Assembly: GCA_964016885.1 (NCBI GenBank)
Contig: OZ024743.1
Span: 86,118,001 to 86,182,000, forward strand
Direction: 5' to 3'
Length of the DNA: 64,000 nucleotides
From: Eledone cirrhosa
Taxonomy: Eukaryota
In this document: positions 11,671-23,482 of the stretch, piece by piece
Position numbering within the stretch: the first letter of the stretch is position 1
Layout: the number at the start of each line of letters is the position of its first letter
Notes under the pieces: generated by a model
Told to the model about the DNA's origin: nothing
The model's database searches: none
The model's input: the letters and a program-made list of their open reading frames with translations, nothing else
Position numbers and translations under genes: made by a program

Positions 11671-11754
11671 TTAATATATATATATATATATATATATAAA
11701 TATATTATATATATATATATATTATATATATAATATATATTATATATATATAAT

Positions 11755-14691
11755 TTCCTAATCATTGCAGGAGATTTTAACGGACACGTAGGTAAACACT
11801 GCGACGGCTTCAATAGAGTACATGGAGGCCATGGAGTTGGCACAAGGAATGAGGAAGGATTCAGACTTCTAGAATTCTGCGACGCCAATGACATGTCGAT
11901 ATGTAACACAAACTTTAAAAAACCCGACAACCACCTGATCACCTATAGATCAGGGGAGCACTCTAGTCAGTTAGATTTTATTCTCATCAGAGGACGTGAC
12001 AGATGGACGGTCGTAAACACAAAAGCCTTCCCTAGTGAGGAATGTACATCCCAACATAGCTTAGTTGTCAGCGACCTCACGGTCAGAACTAGACGAGCCC
12101 TGAAACAGAGGCCAACCTGGAGAAGAAAGATCTGGAAGCTGAAAGTCCCCTCAACCAGTAACAGATTTAAAGATATTTTACTCAACGCCTACGACAGTAA
12201 AGAAGAACAGATAGAGACATTTAACGTAGAAGAGAACTGGGAGTTCCTAAAAAATAACTTACTAGAGGCGGCGGATGAGGTTTGTGGCTGGAGTAAGACC
12301 TCAAGCAGGAGGAGAGTGACTTGGTGGTGGAACAATAAAGTAGATGAAGCAGTCAAGGCCAAGAGACAGGCATGGAAAGAATGGAAGAACGGGGGGAGCA
12401 GGGTACATTACATAGAGACCAAGAGGGAAGCTAGGCGACAAGTATACTTAGCTAGGAGGGAAGCAGAGGATAGAAAATTCAAGCATGTTTTACAACGTGA
12501 GGACCAGAAACAGGAGGTATTCAAGATTGCGAGGCAGTGTGTCAGAGATAGTTGTGATGTCATTGGAGAGAAGTGTATCCGGAATGATAAAGGTGAGCTT
12601 GCCCTCACAAGTGCTGAGAAGAAAGATGCATGGAAGAGTCATTATGATAGATTACTAAATGAGGAGAATGCATGGGAAGAAGAGACCCTACCCCACGTAG
12701 ACCCTATAGAGGGACCAGCAGTACAAGTCAGCGGCAGCGTAGTAAGTAAGGCAATCAGAGATATGAAGATAGGGAAGGCAACCGGTCCATCGGGTATAGC
12801 TGCCGAGATGCTGAAGGCATCTGGGTCTGTAGGTCACACTATAACCACACGTATCGTTAACCAGGTAATACTAGAGGGGGCCATACCAAAAGATTGGTGC
12901 AGTAGCATCATTGTCAACTGCTACAAAGGTAAAGGCGATGCACTAGATAGAGGAAACTATAGAGGTATAAAGTTGATGGACCAGGTCATGAAAGTAACAG
13001 AAAGAGTTATAGCACAGCTGATTAGGGACCGGGTGAATATAGACGAGATGCAATTTGGGTTTGTTCCAGGGAAAGGCACCACTGATGCGCTCTTCCTTGT
13101 GAGGCAATTACAGGAAAAGTACCTAGCTAAAAGTAAGCCACTCTACTTGGCATTTGTCGACCTTGAGAAAGCCTTTGACAGAGTTCCACGTGCAGTAATC
13201 TGGTGGGCTCTTAGAAAACTAGGAGTAGATGAATGGCTTGTGAAAGCGGTACAAGCCATGTATAGGGGAGCAGTCAGCAAAGTTAGGATTGGCAATGAGT
13301 ATAGCGAGGAATTTAGCGTACAGGTTGGGGTCCACCAGGGCTCTGTTCTTAGCCCTCTCCTGTTCATCATAGTCCTGCAGGCAATAACGGAGGAGTTTAA
13401 GACCGGATGCCCATGGGAACTCCTGTATGCTGATGACCTCGCACTCATAGCTGAATCTATGGTAGAACTAGAGAATAAATTCCAAACCTGGAAGCAGGGA
13501 CTAGAGAGAAAGGGCCTCAAAGTCAACATGACAAAGACTAAGGTCCTTATAAGTAGACGAGAAAACAGAACCCAGATCCCCTCAGGGAAATGGCCTTGCT
13601 CAGTATGTAGGAAAGGTGTAGGTAGGAACTCCATTCTTTGCCCCAAATGCAAACAATGGGTACACAAGAGATGTAGCGGGATCTCAGGAAGCTTAATTAA
13701 GAATGTAGGATTCACATGCAGCAGCTGTGCTGAAACAGCAAGCAAACAGCCACAGGAAACAAGTACCACCAATCTCTGGGAGGGCCCTGTAGAAACAGTA
13801 GACAGCTTCTGCTACCTAGGTGACCGAATTAGCAACGGAGGTGGGTGCTCAGAAAGTACAATAACTAGGGTAAGAACGGGATGGAAGAAGTTTAGGGAAC
13901 TACTACCACTGCTAGCTGCAAAAGGCTTCTCCCTCAGAATGAAAGGCAGACTGTATGATGCGTGTATCCGAACAGCGATGTTGCATGGTAGTGAGACCTG
14001 GGCGCTGAAGGTGGAAGACTTACGTAGATTAGAGAGAAACGAAGCCTGCATGCTCCGATGGATGTGTAACAGTAATATACGTGAACGACAAAGCATAAAT
14101 GAATTGAGAGAGAGACTGAGCATAAGAGGAATCAAATGCTGCGTGCAGGAGAGGCGGTTACGCTGGTATGGACATGTGATGCGTATGAAGGATGACAGCT
14201 GCATAAAAAGGTGCAGAGCACTAGAAGTTGATGGAAACCGCGGAGTGGGGAGACCCAAGATGACTTGGGATGAGGTGATAAAAGCCGACCTTACCCAACT
14301 ACACCTCTCAAAGTCAATGACACACGACCGTGACTTCTGGCGTCACGCAGTAATACAGGGTACCCGACCTCCCATGGGTACATGCTGAAGCATATAAACA
14401 ATATGCCCCCCCCCCCCCCACCGCAAGGTGGTCGTGGAGGTGCCACGGCAAAAAAGCACCCAGCCCACACTGTAAAGTGGACGTGTAGGCGCCACGAAAA
14501 AGCACCCAGCACTCACTGTAAATGAGGTTGGTGTTAGGAAGGGCATCCAGCTGTAGAAATCAAGCCAGATCAGTTCCTGTATGAGCAAGGCATGGTCAGC
14601 CGACCAGACACTGCCCACAACAGGACAACCCGTCTAACCCATGCTAGCGTGGAAGAACGGACGTAAAACGGTGATGATGATGATGATGATG
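11755..14691 (+). mobile_element. RTE LINE family A, 5'-truncated young copy
   Basis: Reverse complement of ~6129-9065 with very few differences; (GAT)n tail; inside (TA)n. Confidence 0.97.
11893..14388 (+). CDS. 5'-truncated RTE ORF (partial APE, intact RT and PHD), 831 aa
   Basis: About 7 aa differences from 6430-9549 over the shared part. Confidence 0.9.
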   Translation: MSICNTNFKKPDNHLITYRSGEHSSQLDFILIRGRDRWTVVNTKAFPSEECTSQHSLVVSDLTVRTRRALKQRPTWRRKIWKLKVPSTSNRFKDILLNAYDSKEEQIETFNVEENWEFLKNNLLEAADEVCGWSKTSSRRRVTWWWNNKVDEAVKAKRQAWKEWKNGGSRVHYIETKREARRQVYLARREAEDRKFKHVLQREDQKQEVFKIARQCVRDSCDVIGEKCIRNDKGELALTSAEKKDAWKSHYDRLLNEENAWEEETLPHVDPIEGPAVQVSGSVVSKAIRDMKIGKATGPSGIAAEMLKASGSVGHTITTRIVNQVILEGAIPKDWCSSIIVNCYKGKGDALDRGNYRGIKLMDQVMKVTERVIAQLIRDRVNIDEMQFGFVPGKGTTDALFLVRQLQEKYLAKSKPLYLAFVDLEKAFDRVPRAVIWWALRKLGVDEWLVKAVQAMYRGAVSKVRIGNEYSEEFSVQVGVHQGSVLSPLLFIIVLQAITEEFKTGCPWELLYADDLALIAESMVELENKFQTWKQGLERKGLKVNMTKTKVLISRRENRTQIPSGKWPCSVCRKGVGRNSILCPKCKQWVHKRCSGISGSLIKNVGFTCSSCAETASKQPQETSTTNLWEGPVETVDSFCYLGDRISNGGGCSESTITRVRTGWKKFRELLPLLAAKGFSLRMKGRLYDACIRTAMLHGSETWALKVEDLRRLERNEACMLRWMCNSNIRERQSINELRERLSIRGIKCCVQERRLRWYGHVMRMKDDSCIKRCRALEVDGNRGVGRPKMTWDEVIKADLTQLHLSKSMTHDRDFWRHAVIQGTRPPMGTC

Positions 14692-15090
14692 AATATATAT
14701 TATATATATATAATATATATTATTATATATATATACATAATATATATATTATATATATATAATATATATATAATATATATTATATATATATATATAATAT
14801 ATATAATATATATAAATATATATAATATATATATTATATATATATATATATAATATATATATTATATATATTTATATATATATATACATATATATATATA
14901 TAATATATATATTATATATATATATATATTATATATAATATATATATAATATATATATATTATATATAATATATATATTATATATATATATTATATATAT
15001 ATATATATTATATATATATATTATATATATATATATTATATATATATTATATATATATATATATATAATATATATATTATAATATATATA

Positions 15091-15503
<413 letters not shown>

Positions 15504-15511
15504 ATATATAT

Positions 15512-16711
15512 ATCATCATCATCATCATCATCACCGTTTTACGTCCGTTCTTCCACGCTAGCATGGGCTAGACGGGTTGTCCTGTTGTGGGCAGTGTCTG
15601 GTCGGCTGACTATGCCTTGCTCATACAGGAACTGATCTGGCTTGATTTCTACAGCTGGATGCCCTTCCTAACACCAACCTCATTTACAGTGAGTGCCGGG
15701 TACTTTTTCGTGGCGCCTACACGTCCACTTTACAGTGTGGGCTGGGTGCTTTTTTGCCGTGGCACCTCCACGACCACCTTGCGGTGGGGGGTGTGGGGGA
15801 ATATTGTTTATATGCTTCAGCTTGTACCCATGGGAGGTCGGGTACTCTGTATTACTGCGTGATGCCAGAAGTCACGGTCGTGTGTCATTGTCTTTGAGAG
15901 GTGTAATTGGGTAAGGTCGGCTTTTATCACCTCATCCCAGGTCATCTTGGGTCTCCCCACTCCGCGGTTTCCATCAACTTCTAGTGCTCTGCACCTTTTT
16001 ATGCAGCTGTCATCCTTCATACGCATCACATGTCCATACCAGCGTAACCGCCTCTCCTGCACACAGCATTTGATTCCTCTTATGCTCAGTCTCTCTCTCA
16101 ATTCATTTATGCTTTGTCGTTCACGTATATTACTGTTACACATCCATCGGAGCATGCAGGCTTCGTTTCTCTCTAATCTACGTAAGTCTTCCACCTTCAG
16201 CGCCCAGGTCTCACTACCATGCAACATTGCTGTTCGGATACACGCATCATACAGTCTGCCTTTCATTCTGAGGGAGAAGCCTTTTGCAGCTAGCAGTGGT
16301 AGTAGTTCCCTAAACTTCTTTCATCCCGTTCTTACCCTAGTTATTGTACTTTCTGAACACCCACCTCCGTTGCTAATTCAGTCACCTAGTTAGCAGAAGC
16401 TGTCTACTGTTTCTACAGGGCCCTCCCAGAGATTGGTGGTACTTGTTTCCTGTGGCTGTTTGCTGCTTGCTGTTTCAGCACAGCTGCTGCATGTGAATCC
16501 TACATTCTTAATTAAGCTTCCTGAGATCCCGCAACATCTCTTGTGTACCCATTGTTTGCATTTGGGGCAGAGAATGGAGTTCCTACCTACACCTTTCCTA
16601 CATACTGAGCAAGGCCATTTCCCTGAGGGGATCTGGGTTCTGTTTTCTCGTCTACTTACAAGGACCTTAGTCTTTGTCATGTTGACTTTGAGACCCTTTC
16701 TTTCTAGTCCA
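15512..16711 (-). mobile_element. RTE family A, 5'-truncated copy (PHD to 3' tail), one premature stop
   Basis: Matches ~13497-14690; TAA at 16390-16392. Confidence 0.95.
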
Positions 16712-16729
16712 TATATATATATATATGTA

Positions 16730-16778
<49 letters not shown>

Positions 16779-16782
<4 letters not shown>

Positions 16783-16989
16783 ACGAAGGAAATGTGGTAA
16801 GGAACCAGGTGGACCATAACGCACCAAAGTACTCAATACTTGAGGTAGTAGAGTGGGTAATAGGAACCAGTAAGACCCCGACAGCTGAGCTCAAGCCGTT
16901 TCGACGGCTAATTCTGGACTGAATTAGCCGTCCAGAATTAGCCGTCGAAACGGCTTGAGCTCAGCTGTCGGGGTCTTACTGGTTCCTAT
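16779..16989. mobile_element. Short terminal fragment with a perfect 60-bp fold-back, possibly Penelope-like
   Basis: Arms 16860-16919 and 16930-16989; contains GAAAcgg and GTATTGAGT; embedded in (TA)n. Confidence 0.55.
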
Positions 16990-17000
16990 ATATATATGTA

Positions 17001-17059
<59 letters not shown>

Positions 17060-17063
<4 letters not shown>

Positions 17064-17570
17064 AAAGAATAGAGGTGTAACACACAAGTTATTATATATT
17101 GGTAAACGGAATAGAAAATGCTGACAAATTGTTCACAGTTGAAAAATGGTTTAATTAGGAATAAAAGAGTATTAGTGATTGTATGGGTTAGTATTCAGTT
17201 GTGGTTTTAAGTTTTTAAGTTTTTACCGGTTGCGCATTTCTAAATGCTTTTCAAAAATAATTTTGAGATAGAGTGTCCGTGTTGTTTGCTCTGATCTGAT
17301 TAGTTTTGGGAATTCTACCTGTTTTTATGTTAAAAAAGGGGCTCCAGCGTTACTTTGGTGTTGCAAAAATTCTTGTGGTCAAAACAATTTTGATTGGTCG
17401 GTAGAGGTCATGTGAATGTAAAAAATTGATTTTGCGCCAAGACTGTTTTTATGTTAAAAAAGTGGCTCCAGCGCTATTTGGTGTTTGCAAAAATTCTTGT
17501 GGTCAAAACAATTTTGATTGGTCGGTAGAGGTCATGTGAATAAAAAATTGGTTTTGCGCCAAGATTGAGA
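17060..17570 (-). mobile_element. Possible Penelope-like terminus with degenerate hammerhead and ~120 bp tandem duplication
   Basis: TTGAAAA-gcattt-ag-aaatgc-GCAA-ccgg-TA at 17221-17257; duplicated unit 17320-17563 with CCAAT and TTGGCGC motifs. Confidence 0.4.
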
Positions 17571-18029
17571 AATGACTCTTTCACAACAAATATGTGTGTG
17601 TGTGTGTGTGTGTGTAGTAGTAGTAAGGTGTTCGATGTTGTGATAATGGTTAGCAGGGATGTGTGTCAAATGGCTATTAAGATAAGTGTGTGTGTGTGTG
17701 TGTGTATATATAGCAGAGTAATTCGTGGTAGCAGGGATGGTCAGTAAGAATGTCAAAAGATATTTTTCAGCTTTTGTCTTATACGGAGAAGTGTGTGTGT
17801 GTGTGTGTGTATAAGTCTCTTTGTATGTTAATGTAAGCGTGTGTATGTGTGTGTGTATATATGTGTGTGTGTGTGTGGGTGGACCAGTATTTTTTTCGCC
17901 CTGGTAAAATGGTGTACATTATTCGATTTTTTCAGTAAAATCGGTTCTCTTAATAGAACATCAAAAATCTTAACAATTAAAGGTGTGAAATGATATTCAC
18001 TACATATATATACACATACATATATTCAC

Positions 18030-18079
<50 letters not shown>

Positions 18080-18275
18080 TATACACATATATTTTTCTGT
18101 GTTGCACCATAGAGCATGTGTGTTTACGTATGTCATTGTGTTTATATGTGGGTGGAGATGTGTGCTGATGTAGGTATGTATGTTAACGTGTGTATGTTGT
18201 GGGTTCGTCCACACCCTGTATATAATATATATATATATATATATAGTATATATATAGTATATATATATATATGTA

Positions 18276-18309
<34 letters not shown>

Positions 18310-18315
18310 CTATAT

Positions 18316-18470
<155 letters not shown>

Positions 18471-18634
18471 ATATATATATATATATATATGATATTAACA
18501 AATGGAAACTATATTTATAAAACCATATTTATTTCATTATACATATTTCAAGGACACCAAGTTAAATTATGGTGTGCTTTCATCAGATAAAATATAATAT
18601 AGAGCAGTTTTATAAATAAATATTGACATACCGT

Positions 18635-18978
18635 GGAGGCACATAGCTTAGTGGTTAGAACATTGGCCTTGCAATCGAAAGGTTGTGAGTTCAATTCTCA
18701 GACCGGGTGATGTGTTGTTTCCTTGAGCAAGACACTTTATTTCACATTGCTCCAGTTTACTCAGCTGTAGAAATGAGATGATAGGGACTGGGGTCCATAT
18801 CATTCCACTGCAAAGTGGTCGTGTAGGTGCCACGGCAAAAAAGCACGCAGCACTCACTGCAAATGAGGTTGGTGTTAGGAAGGGCATCCAGCTGTAGAAA
18901 TCAAGCCAAAATCAGTTACCGTCCCACCCTTGCAAGCAGGGAAAAAGCGGACGTAAAATGAAATGATGATGATGATGA
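18635..18978 (+). mobile_element. SINE family 1 (segmentally duplicated copy)
   Basis: Near-identical to 5576-5918, including flanks. Confidence 0.85.
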
Positions 18979-19352
18979 AATAATACCCTTAAAGAATGCA
19001 ACCATTACTGTTGGAAGCTCCCGGATAGTATCTATATTTGCTTGTTGTATCCCAACAATTTAAATAGAACTTTTACATATATATATATATATATATTATA
19101 TATATAATATATATTATATATATATATTATATATATAATATATATTATATATATATTATATATATATAATATATATTATATATATATATATATATTATAT
19201 ATATATATTATATATATATAATATATATTATATATATATATTATATATATAATATATATTATATATATATATATTATATATATATATTATATATATATAA
19301 TATATATTATATATATATATATATTATATATATATATTATATATATATATAA

Positions 19353-19384
<32 letters not shown>

Positions 19385-19425
19385 TGGAAAATGTGTGTAA
19401 TCCTTGGTACAGTTAGGTATATTAA

Positions 19426-19567
19426 GACAGGGGGGAAGAAAAAAATGGCTTCACTTGTGCTTTCAACAAATTTATTTTCTTCACAAAATCCAAAAAGAAT
19501 TTTTTTCCGGATTAGAAAAAATTTGTATGCATGTATGTGTGAACGGATGTATATATATACGGACATA

Positions 19568-19627
<60 letters not shown>

Positions 19628-20499
19628 TGTGTATGTGTATATATGTATATTTAGTTATGTATCTTTATGTGTGTATATATGTGTATATGTATGTATATAT
19701 ATATATATATATATATATACCCATGTGGAGGTATGAGTACATATTCGTGTGTGTACGTATGTGTATATGTGTTTTTATATGTGTCTTTATATGTTTTTGT
19801 GTATGTATGTGGATGTATATGTACATGGGTGTGTGATTAATGGTGTGTGCCTATATATTCCTACATATGCCCGTGTGTGTATGTACGTATATACGCACAT
19901 ATGTGTGTGTTGAACAAAGGACTAATTTTGGGATGGACGTAGAAAAATTCTTCAGGGTGAAAAATAATTGTTTACAAGCTTGGCAGGTGCTGTTTGCTTA
20001 TGACCATTTTAGATACAAAGGAATACTAAAAGCTTTTTCCACTGAATAAAGGAATTTTTCGAGAATGACCGGGGCAGGCCGCGCTTGCTACATTTCTCCC
20101 CACCCAACCCTACTCACTGTCTCAACTCATTACTGCTATTAACATTTCTCAACACACCTACACCCCTACATTTATTAAAGGGGGAGAGGAAAAAAAAAAA
20201 TTAAAAAAACCCCACCGCACCACAGACATGTTAAATCCCTATATATAGAACAACACACCACATACACATCAGTTTGACAAGCGCACCTCAGTGTGAAAGG
20301 TCTTTCTAAATCGAAACAATACCTCCTACGTTAACCAAGAACTCCTAAGACCTAACCAACAACCAACGACTTAATTTATAAAATTTAAAAAAAAAAAAAA
20401 AAATGTTTTCTAATCCGGAAAAAAATTCTTTTTGGATTTTGTGAAGAAAATAAATTTGTTGAAAGCACAAGTGAAGCCATTTTTTTCTTCCCCGCTGTC
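19426..20499. mobile_element. Second copy of the TTAA-flanked TIR element
   Basis: Near-identical to 10618-11670, including the left flank. Confidence 0.75.
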
Positions 20500-20567
<68 letters not shown>

Positions 20568-20596
20568 AATTTATATTATATATATATAAAATATAT

Positions 20597-20653
<57 letters not shown>

Positions 20654-20662
20654 AATATATAT

Positions 20663-20696
<34 letters not shown>

Positions 20697-20718
20697 ATTA
20701 TATATATATAATATATAT

Positions 20719-20750
<32 letters not shown>

Positions 20751-20891
20751 AATATATATTATATATATATACATAATATATATATTATATATATTATATA
20801 TATATATATATATTATATATAATATATATATTATATATAATATATATATTATATATATATATTATATATTATATATATATTATATATAATA

Positions 20892-20939
<48 letters not shown>

Positions 20940-20944
20940 ATATA

Positions 20945-21248
20945 TGATGAGGTCATAGCCATTCAATGGCTATCATCGAAATATACATAGCAGTAAATAA
21001 AGGATTGAGTTCATGCAATTGACTTATGTTTTGTCACTGTATATATATATATATATACAGTGAATATATATATATATACAGTGACGAAACATAATTCAAT
21101 TGCATGAACTCAATCCTTTATTTACTGCTATGTATATTTCGATGATAGCCATTGAATGCCTATGACCTCATCAAGCAGTTAGTCAGTTCTTAGATATGCC
21201 AGCTCGGTATTTATAGTGTTGATGGTATCAGAGCCTTGGGACATATAT

Positions 21249-21308
<60 letters not shown>

Positions 21309-21627
21309 CATATATATATATATTATATATATATAATATATATATTATATATATATTATATATATATTATATATATATATATATAAATATATATATATAA
21401 TATATATTATATATATTATATATATATATATATATCCATATATATATGTATATATATATAATATATGTCCCAAGGCTCTGATACCATCAACACTATAAAT
21501 ACCGAGCTGGCATATCTAAGAACTGACTAACTGCTTGATGAGGTCATAGGCATTCAATGGCTATCATCGAAATATACATAGCAGTAAATAAAGGATTGAG
21601 TTCATGCAATTGAATCATGTTTCGTCA

Positions 21628-21630
<3 letters not shown>
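20945..21630. mobile_element. Cluster of three ~165 bp hammerhead-bearing repeats in alternating orientation (20945-21041 +, 21079-21243 -, 21466-21630 +)
   Basis: Direct sequence comparison; separated only by (TA)n. Confidence 0.85.
21530..21585 (+). ncRNA. Hammerhead ribozyme, C3U variant with long stem II
   Basis: actgc-TTGATGA-ggtcataggcattcaatggctatcatc-GAAA-tataca-TA-gcagt; TATAAATA at 21494 upstream, AATAAA directly downstream. Confidence 0.8.
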
Positions 21631-21707
<77 letters not shown>

Positions 21708-21871
21708 ATATATATATATATATATACGATATTAACAAATGGAAACTATATTTATAAAACCATATTTATTTCATTATACATATTTCAAGGACACCAAGTT
21801 AAATTATGGTGTGCTTTCATCAGATAAAATATAATATAGAGCAGTTTTATAAATAAATATTGACATACCGT

Positions 21872-22215
21872 GGAGGCACATAGCTTAGTGGTTAGAATAT
21901 TGGCCTTGCAATCGAAAGGTTGTGAGTTCAATTCTCAGACCGGGTGATGTGTTGTTTCCTTGAGCAAGACACTTTATTTCACATTGCTCCAGTTTACTCA
22001 GCTGTAGAAATGAGATGATAGGGACTGGGGTCCATATCATTCCACTGCAAAGTGGTCGTGTAGGTGCCACGGCAAAAAAGCACCCAGCGCTCACTGTAAA
22101 TGAGGTTGGTGTTAGGAAGGGCATCCAGCTGTAGAAATCAAGCCAAAATCAGTTACCGTCCCACCCTTGCAAGCAGGGAAAAAGCGGACGTAAAATGAAA
22201 TGATGATGATGATGA
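21872..22215 (+). mobile_element. SINE family 1 (third duplicated copy)
   Basis: Same sequence and flanks as 5576 and 18635. Confidence 0.85.
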
Positions 22216-22321
22216 AATGATACCCTTAAAGAATGCAACCATTACTGTTGGAAGCTCCTGGATAGTATCTATATTTGCTTGTTGTATCCCAACAATTTAA
22301 ATAGAACTTTTACATATATAT

Positions 22322-23022
22322 ATCATCATCATCATCATCGTTTAACGTCCATGTTCCACGCTTGCATGAGTTTGGACGGGAGTTTTCTCACTTGAGGCAA
22401 GAGTGGTTGTCTTGCTCGCATAGGACTGTCTGGCGGGTTTTCTACAGCTGGATGCCCTTCCTAACACCAACCACATTTACAGTGTGAGACTGGGAGGTTT
22501 TTACCGTGTTGCCTACACGGCCACATTACAGCGTGGACTGTGTTTTATTGTCGTGACACTTACACGATCTCATTTGTTTCGGCCTGGATGTTGTGGCACC
22601 AACGTAACTTTACATTGAAAGGGGCGGTGTGGATGGGGTGGGGGTGGTGGGACGGGGGTGTATTTTGTTAGAGATGCCTACTGACTGTAGTAGGTTTTAC
22701 TTTGTATTTAGGTAAGGCGGGTCTTCTCTATTACTGAGTGCCGCCAAAGATCTCGGTCCAGTGACATTGTCTTGGAGAGGTGTAAGTGTGTGAGGTCGGA
22801 GTTTATCAGGTCGTCCCAGGTTTTTCTGGGTCTGCCTACTCCGTGGCTACCGTCTATCTTTATTGCCCTGCACTTTTTTATACGGCAGTCGTCTTTCATG
22901 CGCATCACATGACCATACCAACGTAGCCTTCTCTCGAGTAAACAACATCTGATCCCTCTTATTTCTAATTTTTCCCTTAGTTCGTTTATGGTTTGCCGTT
23001 CGCGTATATTACTATTACACAT
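22322..23022 (-). mobile_element. RTE family B 3' fragment
   Basis: [14 protein letters not shown]...IEKTRLT, 3' UTR and (GAT)n matching ~30015-30714. Confidence 0.93.
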
Positions 23023-23186
23023 CAGTGACGAAACATAAGTCAATTGCATGAACTCAATCCTTTATTTACTGCTATATATATTTTGATGATAGCCATTGAA
23101 TGGCTATGACCCCATCAGGCAGTTAGTCAGTTCTTAGATATGCCAGCTCGGTATTTATAGTGTCGATGGTATCAGAGCCTTGGGAC

Positions 23187-23188
<2 letters not shown>
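23023..23188 (-). mobile_element. Diverged copy of the ~165 bp hammerhead repeat
   Basis: Core reads CTGATGG...AAAA-tatata-TA (canonical C3, but A9 and G12 mutated). Confidence 0.8.
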
Positions 23189-23277
<89 letters not shown>

Positions 23278-23342
23278 TTATACATATATATTTATATATA
23301 TATATATATACATATATATAAATATATTTATATATATATATG

Positions 23343-23376
<34 letters not shown>

Positions 23377-23393
23377 ATATATATTATATATAT

Positions 23394-23467
<74 letters not shown>

Positions 23468-23482
23468 ATAATATATATATTA

